From the NCBI RefSeq assembly GCF_009914755.1, contig NC_060944.1: a DNA stretch of 64,000 bases. One strand, given 5' to 3'. This DNA comes from the human T2T-CHM13v2.0 reference genome, Homo sapiens. The stretch's first letter is position 1, and each line of letters begins with the position of its first letter. This document shows positions 12,210 through 23,704 of the stretch, piece by piece. The notes under the pieces are model-generated. The model ran no database searches. It worked only from the letters and a program-made list of their open reading frames with translations, and was not told where the DNA came from. The translations under genes and the position numbers were made by a program.

Positions 12210-14010
12210 TTTTTTTTTTTTTTTTTTTTGATCATTCTTGGGTGTTTCTCGCAGAGGGGGATTTGGCAGGGTCATAGGACAATAGTGGAGGGAAGGTCAG
12301 CAGATAAACAAGTGAACAAAGGTCTCTGGTTTTCCTAGGCAGAGTGTTTGTGTCCCTGGGTACTTGAGATTAGGGAGTGATGATGACTCTTAACGAGCAT
12401 GCTGCCTTCAAGCATCTGTTTAACAAAGCACATCTTGCACCGCCCTTAATCCATTTAACCCTGAGTGGACACAGCACATGTTTCAGAGAGCACAGGGTTG
12501 GGGGTAAGGTCATAGATCAACAGGATCCCAAGGCAGAAGAATTTTTCTTAGTACAGAACAAAATGAAAAGTCTCCCATGTCTACTTCTTTCTACACAGAC
12601 ACAGCAACCATCCAATTTCTCAATCTTTTCCCCACCTTTCCCCCTTTTCTATTCCACAAAACCGCCATTGTCATCATGGCCTGTTCTCAATGAGCTGTTG
12701 GGTACACCTCCCAGACGAGGTGGTGGCCGGGCAGAGGGGCTCCTCACTTCCCAGTAGGGGTGGCCGGGCAGAGGCGCCCCTCACCTCCCGGATGGGGCGG
12801 CTGGCCAGGCGGGGGGCTGGCCCCCCCACCTCCCTCCCGGACGGGGTGGCTGGCCAGGTGGGGGGCTGACTCCCCCACCTCCCTCCCGGACAGGGTGGCT
12901 GGCTGGGCAGAGGGGCTCCTCACTTCCCAGTAGGGGCAGCCGGGCAGAGGTGCCCCTCACCTCCCGGACGGGGCGGCTGGCCGGGCAGGGGGCTGACCCC
13001 CCACCTCCCTCCCGGACGGGGCGGCTGGCCTGGCGGGGGCTGACCCCCACCTCCCTCCCGGACAGGGTGGCTGCCGGGCGGAGATGCTCCTCACTTCCCA
13101 GATGGGGTGGCAGCCGGGCGGAGGGGCTCCTCACTTCTCAGAGGGGGCGGTTGCCAGGCAGAGGGTCTCCTCACTTCTCAGACAGGACGGCCGGGCAGAG
13201 ACGCTCCTCACCTCCCAGACAGGGTCGTGGCCGGGCCGAGGCGCTCCTCACATCCTAGACGGGGCAGCAGGGCAGAGGCGCTCCCCACATCTCAGACGAT
13301 GGGCGGCCGGGCAGAGACGCTTCTCACTTCCTAGATGGAATGGCGGCCGGGAAGAGGCACTCCTCACTTCCTAGGTGGGATGGCGGCCGGGCAGAGACGC
13401 TCCTCACTTTCCAGACTGGGCAGCCAGGCAGAGGGGCTCCTCACATCCCAGACGATGGGCGGCCAGGCAGAGACGCTCCTCACTTCCCAGATGGGGTAGC
13501 GGCCGGGCAGAGGCTGCAATCTCGGCACTTTGGGGGGCCAAGGCAGGCGGCTGGGAGGTGGAGGTTGTAGCGAGCCGAGATCACGCCACTGCACTCCAGC
13601 CTGGGCACCATTGAGCACTGAGTTAACGAGACTCCGTCTGCAATCCCGGCACCTCGGGAGGCCGAGGCTGGCGGATCACTCACGGTTAGGAGCTGGAGAC
13701 CAGCCCGGCCATCACAGCGAAACCCCGTCTCCACCAAAAAAATACGAAAACCAGTCAGGCGTGGCGGCGCGCGCCTGCAATCGCAGGCACTCGGCAGGCT
13801 GAGGCAGGAGAATCAGGCAGGGAGGTTGCAGTGAGCCGAGATGGCAGCAGCACAGTCCAGCTTCGGCTCGGCATGAGAGGGAGACCGTGGAAAGAGAGGG
13901 AGAGGGAGACCGTGGGGAGAGGGGGACCGTGGGGAGAGGGGGACCGTGGGGAGAGGGAGAGGGAGAGGGAGAGGGAGAGCGAGAGCGAGAGCGAGAGCGA
14001 GAGCGAGAGC
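12210..14010 (-). mobile_element. Full-length SVA retrotransposon (SVA_D-like), antisense to SYNDIG1
   Basis: On + strand: poly-T (~12208-12229), SINE-R (~12230-12710), GC-rich VNTR (~12710-13510), Alu-like region (~13510-13875), hexamer head (~13875-14010). Perfect 13-bp TSD tgcctgggacatt (12197-12209, 14011-14023). Confidence 0.97.
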
Positions 14011-14168
14011 TGCCTGGGACATTGAAAGGAGAATAAGAGAATGCTGTGAGCAACTCTGTACCTGTAAATCCAGTAACTTAGATGAAATTGACCAGTCCCT
14101 TGAAAATACAAATGACAAAGCTCACTGGAGGAGCAAGGGATAACCTGATTGCTCTACTTCAATGAAAA

Positions 14169-14330
14169 CAGTGGTTCTCAGTCTTATCTACCTAAGGAAT
14201 CTGGAAAACTTGAATGAAAAACTGTTGATGCCTGGGCCCTTCTGCTGGTGAATTTTGTGTGACTGGTCTAGGGTGAGGCCTGGGTGCTTGGGTTTTGAGA
14301 ACTCCTCCCCTGATTCTGATGACCTACCAA
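14169..14330. mobile_element. MER5-like DNA transposon remnant
   Basis: cagtggttctca start...ggtctagggtgaggcctggg...gattctgatg. Confidence 0.6.
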
Positions 14331-16919
14331 AAGGATCATGCTGCAGTCTCCGCATTCCGATGTCCGTTGAACAAAAGGATATTTTTCCTGCACTTCAGAA
14401 AACATTCTCCGTAGTGCATCTTTCAAAGGCTAAAAGACATGAAGCCTTCCCCGGTTCCCGGGACTGGAACTGACACTGGTTTGATTCCCAGTCTCAGAAA
14501 TGTCCATCAATCAATTCTCAGCAACAACAAAATGCTTTGCTACCAAACTAAAAGGGAATGCTTTTCTGAGTTTGTTTGATTACAGGGTCCCACTGCCAAG
14601 TGGAGAACAAGGTTGGGGGAACCCTAAGAATAAGCCCCCTCTTCAGCACTTCTTAATGCTGCCCTGGGGCAGGGCCGCCTCTGGAGGTTGGAGAATCAAG
14701 TGCTCAGTCACTTGGCGGAGATCCTCGGGCCGGAGAGCAGCGTAGTGATGAAAACTTGAAGAGGAGGCTCTCTGAGCTGTGGCAGTATCTTTAAATCTTT
14801 TATTCATGTCATTGGTGTGCAGCGTGGATGTTAAATCATCTTTGATTGTTCGTACTTATGGCACTTAGAGGAGCACAGGATGGTCCCCCTCTAGGACAGA
14901 GGAAGGAGGAAGCTGGTGAGCTGTGAGTACGGCTCGCTCTCCGGGGCATCCCCTGCATGCTCAGCCCCCTACTTCCTTTTGTAAAAATTATCTGGGAAGA
15001 AAAGAAAAGAATTAGCAACCGCTGCCAGGAAGCAGGTCGAAAGCTTTCTGGCACTGCCAGAGCCTGCGTGCCGTTAAGTCGACACTCTTCTGAAGGGAGT
15101 ACCAGGGGAGCCCCGCAAACTTGGACGTCTGCAGCAAAGTACTCCTCTGCAGTCAGCAGCCCTGACACCTTCCATTATGCAGCTCTGTGCTCCCCATCCT
15201 GCCAGCCACTCTGCTTATTCATCCTCTGATATATTTATTGGTGTGTGGACCATCAACTGAGGTGGCCTCACTAAGGGCTTTATAGCAGAGAAAATGAAAA
15301 GATTTCCAAGTGAAGAAGGTCACTATTACTGACTGGAGGAAAGCGTGGCATGGACCCTGAGCAGAATTTCCACTTCAAGAAAGGCAATATCAATGCATAA
15401 TGATATACATTTGTCCTCTAAGTGATGGACCTTGAAATTTCTTTTGCATTTTCTGCTCCCCACCCAATCAAAACACATTGTGAGTGGCAGTGGGGCCAGC
15501 AGAACCCTTGGGGAGGGGAGTCTGGCTGCAGCCAAGCTGGTGGTCCCCAGGAAGCACACACCCCTGCTCCACCCTTTCCCTTCTGCCAAATGCATCGCGC
15601 TAGGGCTCTGTCACCATTATCCGGAGTTGCATCCTCCACCTGCCCTTGATCATCCCAGAACAGGAAGTGAAGGTCAGCCTTGCTTTCCAGTCTCCACGCT
15701 TTGCAGATTGGGTGGGAGGGAAAGCAAGCAGGTTTGTAGGCTTTCTAAAGCCCCCCATATGGATTCTAAGATCTAGACCCTGAAAGGCAGGAAGATGATG
15801 ATTTTGAGGGCATAGTGATCCTCATGAGAAAGACAGCCACAGCTACTCTGTATCTGTCCACGTTAGCCCCATGCAAATGGCTTTGTTTCAGGCAGAATGA
15901 ATGCAGAGCTTGGACAGTGGAGGTGAATGCTCAGCTGAGAGGCTACAGATAGAACATGTGAGCCAGAAAGGCCGGCTCTGGCCTGCTACACACAAGCCAT
16001 GCCAAGGGCAGGCCCAGGAGCCCACACACTCCTCTGTGACAGACGTGGACATGTCGGCTCCCCGCTTATGCTGAAGTGGCCTCCCAACAGTGAGGCGAGT
16101 GTGCCTCTGGGGTTCTCAGATGGGTCTTGCTGCTGCCCTTGGGGAGACTTCCTCAGCAGTGTCTTAGGATGGAGGAAAGTCCTAGGTGGAAATTCTTGGG
16201 CAAGAGAATCAAAACTGACTGCTTTGACTTCAGGGCCTTTCAAAGAGGCATGGCAATTAAATAAACAATATGCCAAGAAGAAATTGAGACAGGAAAAAGA
16301 GGAAAGGAGGGAGGCAGAGGAGGAGGAAGGAAACTGACAGGAAGCCAAATGAGGACCACAGAGAAAGGCACTCACAGCCACCTAGGCCCACGCAGCAGAC
16401 AGCAGCTCTGTTGTGTCAAGACCATACAAATAAGCCAAGGAAAGGAAGCCCACCACTGCCTGTGCCACGCCGTGCTGTAGGAACACGGAGAATTGGGGCC
16501 CTTCCACATGTTTATACACCACTGAAGCTTCAAAGCTGAAAGTGATTTACAAAGCTAGCCATGGCTTACTGCCAGCAAGGAGAAGTAAATGTAATGCAGG
16601 TTTTGTGAAATCATTTTGCAGCACCATTGCCAGGGAGGGTAGACCAGAGTGAGGAGCCCAGGCAGCTTCCGGAACTGAGATATTATCAGCTGCCGAGATA
16701 ACTGCTTGGAGACAGGCAAGTGGTCATGTGTCTCTGCCTCCTGCTGCCAAGTGGCCTTTCTGCTGCCACTCAGGATATTCTATACTTTGAGGTCATGCAC
16801 AAGTGCCTGGAGTCAGGAGCGGAGTCCAAGCCCAGCCCTGCATGGACCACCTGTGTGACTGCACAGGAGATGCATCATCTATAAAGTGAGAGATTCTGCT
16901 GGTGGTGGTGAAGAATGCC

Positions 16920-17345
16920 AGAACTCGATAAGAAAAAGACAAAGACCTGAATAGTTAATTCACAAAGGCAGATATGCAAAAATCAAGAAGCACAGAGTTG
17001 GTGCCCATGATCGTGTATCATCAGGGGAGTACAAAACGAAAACCTAACGAGCTGCCTCTGCACACACTCACAGGAGTGGTCCGTGTTAAACATGCTGAGA
17101 CCCCTGGGGATTGACCGGGACCTAGAGGACTGGGACACTCACCCACTGCTGATGTGAGGGTGAAATGCCCCAAACACTGTGGAAATGATCTGAAGTTTCC
17201 TTAGAAACATAAACATGTATTTCCCTCCTTCCCACCTAGATATTTTCCCAAGAGAAATGAACTCAGAAATGTCCACAAAGAGAGATACACAGGATTGTTC
17301 ATGGTACCTTATTCATCAGGGCCCCAAACTGGAAACAACCCAGGA
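16920..17345 (+). mobile_element. Old L1M 3' fragment
   Basis: agacctgaatag...ccaagagaaatgaa...caaactggaaacaaccca, typical L1M 3' motifs. Confidence 0.75.
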
Positions 17346-18558
17346 GAGCAGAGAAACAGCCAGAGAGTCTATCTCAAGGGTCTTTTGAATCCAGAATGGT
17401 TCACCAGGCAGGTCCATGTGGTGGGGTGGGCCTGAGCCCCTCTGTGTCAAAGGCAGCAGAATCCCTTACGTGGCTGCAGCAACATCCACACTCCTGAGGT
17501 CCTGGGTCCTGGGAGCCTCATGCTGCATCCTCAGAACTTGTCAGACCTTCGTCCACTGTCGCCTGGCTGCCCTTGGGCCACCCCTGCTGGGAACCCTGCC
17601 TCTCTGCCATTGCCCCTCTACAAGAACCCTGAGTTATAGAATGTCCCATCTAGAGGGAAGGTGACTCTGAAGCAGTTGGTGGTGAGACTAATACCGAACA
17701 AAGAAAAGTGAAGGCAAATGCCTTAGGAGCAATAAAGAACACTCTCTAAAGAAAGGAGGACAGCAGGATCACATGATGATTTGGGTCTGAAAGATGAGCT
17801 GGCTTGGCTGCTGATGGAAATGAGGGAGAAGATCTTTAACTGAGGCGGTCATAGACACCCTTGGATTGCCCACAGGGCGTGTTGTTATGGAGGGCAATGA
17901 CAGGAAATCAACACTGCCCCAAAAGTCCCAGCTGGGGAGCCTCTACTTTGTGACATACAAGGGAAACCATGGAAATCAAGGAAGAGGCTGTGGCCTAGAA
18001 GGCTTCAAATTGAAGTCTGGGGAAATTAGAGAACAGGCTCAGAATGTCCTGGGAGCTGTGGGCCCAGACAAGGTTGGAAACCGTGGCCTGGCATCTTCCC
18101 TGCTGTAGAAGTGGAAGATGAAATGGTGACTCCTGCGGCGGGCATTGCCATGCGTCAGGGTGAGCTCCGGGGCAGGTGGAGGCAGCAAAGGCCTCTCAGG
18201 ACCGCGGAAGGGCCTCATCAGCCACCACATCCCCACCTGCGGGCGCGACGGCCTCATCATCTCCTCCAGAAAGCAACACTGTCAGCCACACATCAGGAAC
18301 TGTCAGCCTCAAATTCAACATTCCTCATTCTTGAACCAATTTACCAAAACTTTTTTCTTCATAAAAAGGTGAGATTTTTATATTTGGGATCAGGAGGACC
18401 TTTTTAGTTTATCAGGGCTACCCTGGGAAGGACTTCCAGAGCAGAGCTTTATCACGTAAAATCTGCTGAGGCATCTGAGCATTGAGGAATCTCTCCTGGA
18501 AACAAACATATCGGAAAAATTTCAAAAATTCTTCTTGCTGAGAGGACCTTTCTTGATT

Positions 18559-18605
18559 TATATATATATACACACACATATATGCATATATAATAAGTAT
18601 ATACA
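18559..18605. repeat. (TA)n(CA)n microsatellite
   Basis: Seen directly in sequence. Confidence 0.8.
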
Positions 18606-19057
18606 CTTCTATGCAGAACCATATTCTGTGAAGCTAGCTTTATTTTCAAAGAGTTGTAATAAAATAAGCTTCTGTGGCTAGTTCTATACTCTACTATCAC
18701 CTGGCTTTGTTTTAAATAGTAGATTTGCAGTGTTGGTGACTTCTGAAACCAAGGACCCAACATTTTGATAAGAGCTTAGATTGCTTATAGTTACATCAAC
18801 CAAGACTCAAAAATGTGAGCAAAGCATCACTGCTGTCCAGCTAGGCATGTCCCTGTAGCCTCATCCTCTGCTCCTAACTTCAGAGGGTGGCACAGACTAG
18901 ACCAGAACTAGACTCATTCATCTCCCAGATGTCTTTCTGTGGAAGTGGGGGCTGTGGGCCCAGGGCGGTGTCAGGAGAGGGCAGGGAGGAGTTTGGAAGT
19001 CAGCCTATCTTTCTAGTTCTGTGAATTCCCTGCTGCGTAGATTTCACACGTAATTTA

Positions 19058-19363
<306 letters not shown>

Positions 19364-20429
19364 AGAGTTCACACCTAATTTAATAATAACACCAGTGAAA
19401 AAAAGCAGGCTGCCTCATTTCAATGAGAGTTTTTCAAGACCCCTGGTCCCAGGACCATAGGGGTCCCTTTTCTTGTTCTTTGTCAAGAGTCCAGGTAACA
19501 AGATGATAACGTGGCCCTGCTGTCGTGAGCGGGGAAACAGCAGGAAGCCTTGCTTCCCTTCAAGTATTTAGTGCCAGCTGGAGGGATAAAGAGACCTGTA
19601 AATAATTGTGGCTTTACAAGGAAACAAGGGAAGGCCATCGGGGCTTCCAGACACAGGGATGACAAGCTGTTTTCCTCCCTTCTGGAATAAATTCGCGAGA
19701 AGCTGAAACAGAACTTGAAATGAACTTATTTTATGAAGGCTCTGGAGGGTACTGCCATAGATTATGTGAAGTTTGTTTTTTTTTTTTTTTCGTTTTGGTC
19801 AATAAAGTTACCACAGGCTTTCATATCACAGAATAACCTTTCCCATAGTTTCCAGTGGTTCTTTGTGCTCTGTTCTAGACCTCCTCCCCCGAGGAAAATC
19901 AGAGGCGATGGGCAGACCGTGTCGAATCTGAACATGACGTGGCTTGCTGCAGCAAGCTTACTGCCATGCTAAACACTTAGTGAGGAAGCATGCCTGGAAA
20001 CTGTCCCTCTGGTCAGAGTGCCTCCAGACCCAGAATGTCCTGGCCGCAATCATTCAGGCACATGTTACTGTCCTGAGTACAGACGTAGGATCTGAGCCCT
20101 CGCTGGCTGCAGAGCCACCACTGCCCACCTCTCTGGCACGTGCCTTCCTCCCTGACACCACCCAGCCCGAAGGCCCACAGTGGAGTGCGTGATGCCCCTG
20201 CTGTGCCCCTCCTGGTTTATCCGTGCCTGGCAGAGTCCCAGCACCCAGCACGGGAGCAGGTGTAGGGGAGGCTCAGAAATAAACATGGATCAATATTAAC
20301 TGGTAACGTTCACGGGGGGGAATGTTCCAAAGAACCTTGTTGAAACCCTCTAAGTTGGTCCCCTTTTGATTCTAGTTGATCACCCTGGAAGAAATGGCAG
20401 CATTCAATTCCTCCATCCCTTTTTCCAGT

Positions 20430-20585
20430 TCGCAAGGGCTGGTTCCCTGGACCAGCAGCATCAGGGTCATCTGGGAACGTTTTAGGATCGTGAAGTCTCG
20501 TCAGCTCCCAAGACCTGCTGACTCGGAAGCTCTGGGGACGGGGCTGGCAGTCTGGGTGTGAATGCCCTCTGAGGTTGCTGTGGAG
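20430..20585. mobile_element. MER5A-like remnant
   Basis: ggttccctggaccagcagcatcag...agacctgctgactcggaagctctgggg. Confidence 0.7.
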
Positions 20586-21039
20586 ACTCCTGAGGTAACA
20601 CATGCTGAAGTCAGCCTGTCCTAATGGACCAGGCTCTTGGTTAGGAGCCCCAGCACCTAGGGGAGGCCGTGGTTCAGGGTTGTTGGGGTGTGGGCACAGC
20701 ACGTGACACCCGCACCAGCCGCTCTCACCTTTTCACTCCTGCCCTCCCAGGTCACCTGCATCCGCCAAACTCTGCCTGGGGTTCCCTTCGTTATCAGCAG
20801 AGCACATAGACACATGTCTGGATTTGTTTATTCATTGTCTTTTCAAATATAGTGTACTCAACTTGGAAAACAGAAGGAGGAGGAAGAGAATGGAGAAAGA
20901 AAGCATGAAAACTGAACCTCTCCTCCATGCCCCTTTCTCAAAGCCCCTCCTCCAGGGGGACCCCGTCTTTCTGTGCCTTTATCAATGTGTGTGTGGGCAG
21001 TTTTGATTTACACGTAGAAGACCATCAAAGTGCAATGCA

Positions 21040-21600
21040 GCTTGCTTTTTCACATAATGTAAATACTTCTGGTATCTGCATATAAACACCAGCATTGACA
21101 TTTTTAATGATTTTGTAGCATTTTGATGTATGAATTGCAATAATTTCATTACAGTAATGTTTTCCCTAAAAATGGACATATCAATTGTTTTCAACTTCTC
21201 CTTTTGCAAATATAGGATATCCACAAGTGAAATTCCACCAAGTCAAAGGTTATTCACATGTAAATTTAGCTACATACTGTAACTTCTCCTCCAGAAGTCC
21301 GTACCAGTTTTCATTCCTATTAACAAAATGTGAATGCCTGTCTTTCCCACCTGAGCTCAGTGTTCCATTTTCAACAATCTGATAGATAAAATAAAAGATA
21401 TTGTCAGTTTCAGTTTGTGTTTCATTGGTTACTATAAAGCTGAACATCTTTATGTGTGTTATTTTTTTTCCTGCTTTTATTTCCCGTATAAATTTCTAGT
21501 TCTACATTTACCATTTTGTATTGGGTGTTCACATTTTATTAATTTGTAGACCTTATTTTTCTGACACAGTTTTTAGTCTGCTGTTCATGAGCTTTACTGC
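21040..21600 (-). mobile_element. Old L1M antisense fragment
   Basis: T-rich, with gtaccagttttcattcc...gctgaacatcttt motifs. Confidence 0.6.
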
Positions 21601-23066
21601 AAACATGTCCTCCTGCCAGACTTGGCTGTCAGTGGTGCCTCTTGCTGTAGAAAGGAGTCCTGGAGTATCTTCAGTGGTTGCTGGAGGGAAGCTTCCAGGG
21701 CACTACAGTCCAGTTCTTTACAGCTGCTGAGCATTGGTTGTGCGGTGTCTCACAGTGACTCAGCAGAAGACAGAGCCTGCACTAGTGTCTCCCAGGCATC
21801 ATCGGATCCTGCAGCTCCCACACGGCAGCCCCAGGAGCAGCCTGGCAGTGTGACTCAGCAGCTTTCCTTGCCTGTTCTGAGGGGGCGCAGCTGGGGACAG
21901 CACGGGCTTCTGCCCACTCCTCACCCTGCCAGCGGGAAGCCTCCAAGACTTGGGAAGGAAAGGCAGTGAAGACCTCACTTGTCTCCTGCTGGGCCGTGGG
22001 CCCAGGTGCTGGCTTCACGGTGGTGACTCATGAACACACGAAGAATTGGGTGTGCAGAGGAGGAGAAACCATGCAGTGAAGAGCCCCATCGTCCTGTCAC
22101 AAAATCCACTGCTAACTTTTTATTTCTACACCTATCTCCTCATGCTTCACAGAACCTCTGACCAAAGCAGCTTCCTCTTATCATTCACAGATTTTATAAC
22201 TTTCTGCCTTTCCGAACGCGCTCTTCATTCCTGGTCATCTTGCATAATTTCCCGCCCGTGATTCTAAAGAAGAGAACCTATTGCTATGATAAAAGCTCAC
22301 TGCAGATTCAGGGACATTGCACCTTATCCCAGCGGACACCAAGGGTCTCTGTGCTGGTTGGGTCTTGCCTCCATTTCTCATCTTTCTTATTAAATACTTA
22401 AGTTTCTAAACTGGAGACTTTTCTTGATGAGGAGGCCGACTAAAGGAGTACCTTTTTATAAGCTTTTTTTACAATTACATTCACATCACAAAACACGTAG
22501 TTTTGTAACAGTGCAGTTATTCACACATGCCTCTTGTTTTTCAGAGCACCCTTTTCTCCCCTTCTGTGTTGAGGGTGGATCTCACGGCCACACAGTTAAC
22601 CTATGTTAACCACCTCGACTGCCCTTCCAGTTTCCTCCACACTCAGCCATTTGCATATGCACACACATCTAGCACCCGGTCACCATGCCATCTACCACTG
22701 TGGGGACCCTCTCACCAGTTTATTCTCATGAGAGTAAACACACTTTCTGTATCTCAATGTTTTCACTGACAATACTTTCCAATATTCTGGAAATTTTGTA
22801 GTTATTGTCTTTAGCATTCATGAAATACCTGCATAACAATGACTGTCGTTGACCCAGCTGTCTTTCCAACACTGCTTGTTCACTGTTGTCTGGACTTTGG
22901 GGGGGCTCTATGAACAATGTTCCAATCAAATGTAGTTTTTGGTGAAAGTTTATATCCATATTTGCCGGTATATGAGACTGGGCTGCAAATAGGGTACTTC
23001 AATTTTCATGAGAAAGCTTAACTTCTTTTCATCATGCATAAGTTGGAAGTGATTTTCATCTATTAT

Positions 23067-23704
23067 TGAAGCTGCGTCATTGTTTGGGGTAAATACCCAA
23101 GGTTCATTGTCTCGTGCCAAGGGAATAGAGGAAATGGACATACAAGAAGTGTATTTAAGAGTGGAGGTTTAATAGGCAAAAGAAAGAGAAAAGAGAACAG
23201 CTCTCTCTCCTGCAGAGAGAGAGGGGCACCTGAGTGGGTCTTCTAGTCCATGGCAAAGTACATGGGGTTTTATAGACTGGCTTGAGGAGGCAGTGTCTGA
23301 TTTACATAGGGCCCAAAGATTGGTTGGACCAGGTGTGCCATTTACATAGCACACAAAGAAGCTGGCCACCTCTCCCTAATGTTTTACTATGCAGATGGGG
23401 TCTCTACCTGGCCAGTGCCATGTTGTCTGCTCCTTACTGTGCACGTGGTTGACAAGGAAAGGAGATGATGGAGTGCCATGTTGAACCTGCCTGGCCACCA
23501 TGTAGCCTTTTCCTATTGGCACAGCTGCTGGCATTCACCCATGCAAGCTTCCAGCTTATCTATGTCTGCAGCTCAATTTTACAGGCTGCTCTTTGTTAGA
23601 AAAGAAGTGATTTGGGGGCTGCTTTTCATTAAAAGGAAAATCTTACCAAGGACTCTCTTACCCTCGCTATCTGCCTAAATAATTTCTTTTTAACTGCTAT
23701 ATCA
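23067..23704 (-). mobile_element. ERV1 solo LTR (LTR9/HUERS-P3-like)
   Basis: TG...CA termini, 638 bp, 4-bp TSD ttat (23063-23066, 23705-23708). The minus strand begins tgatatagcagttaaaaagaaattatttaggcagatag, which resembles LTR9. Confidence 0.82.

Noticed and set aside
12377-14143. Multiple ORFs over the SVA
   Set aside because: Typical spurious SINE-R/VNTR/Alu-like frames. SVA is non-coding.
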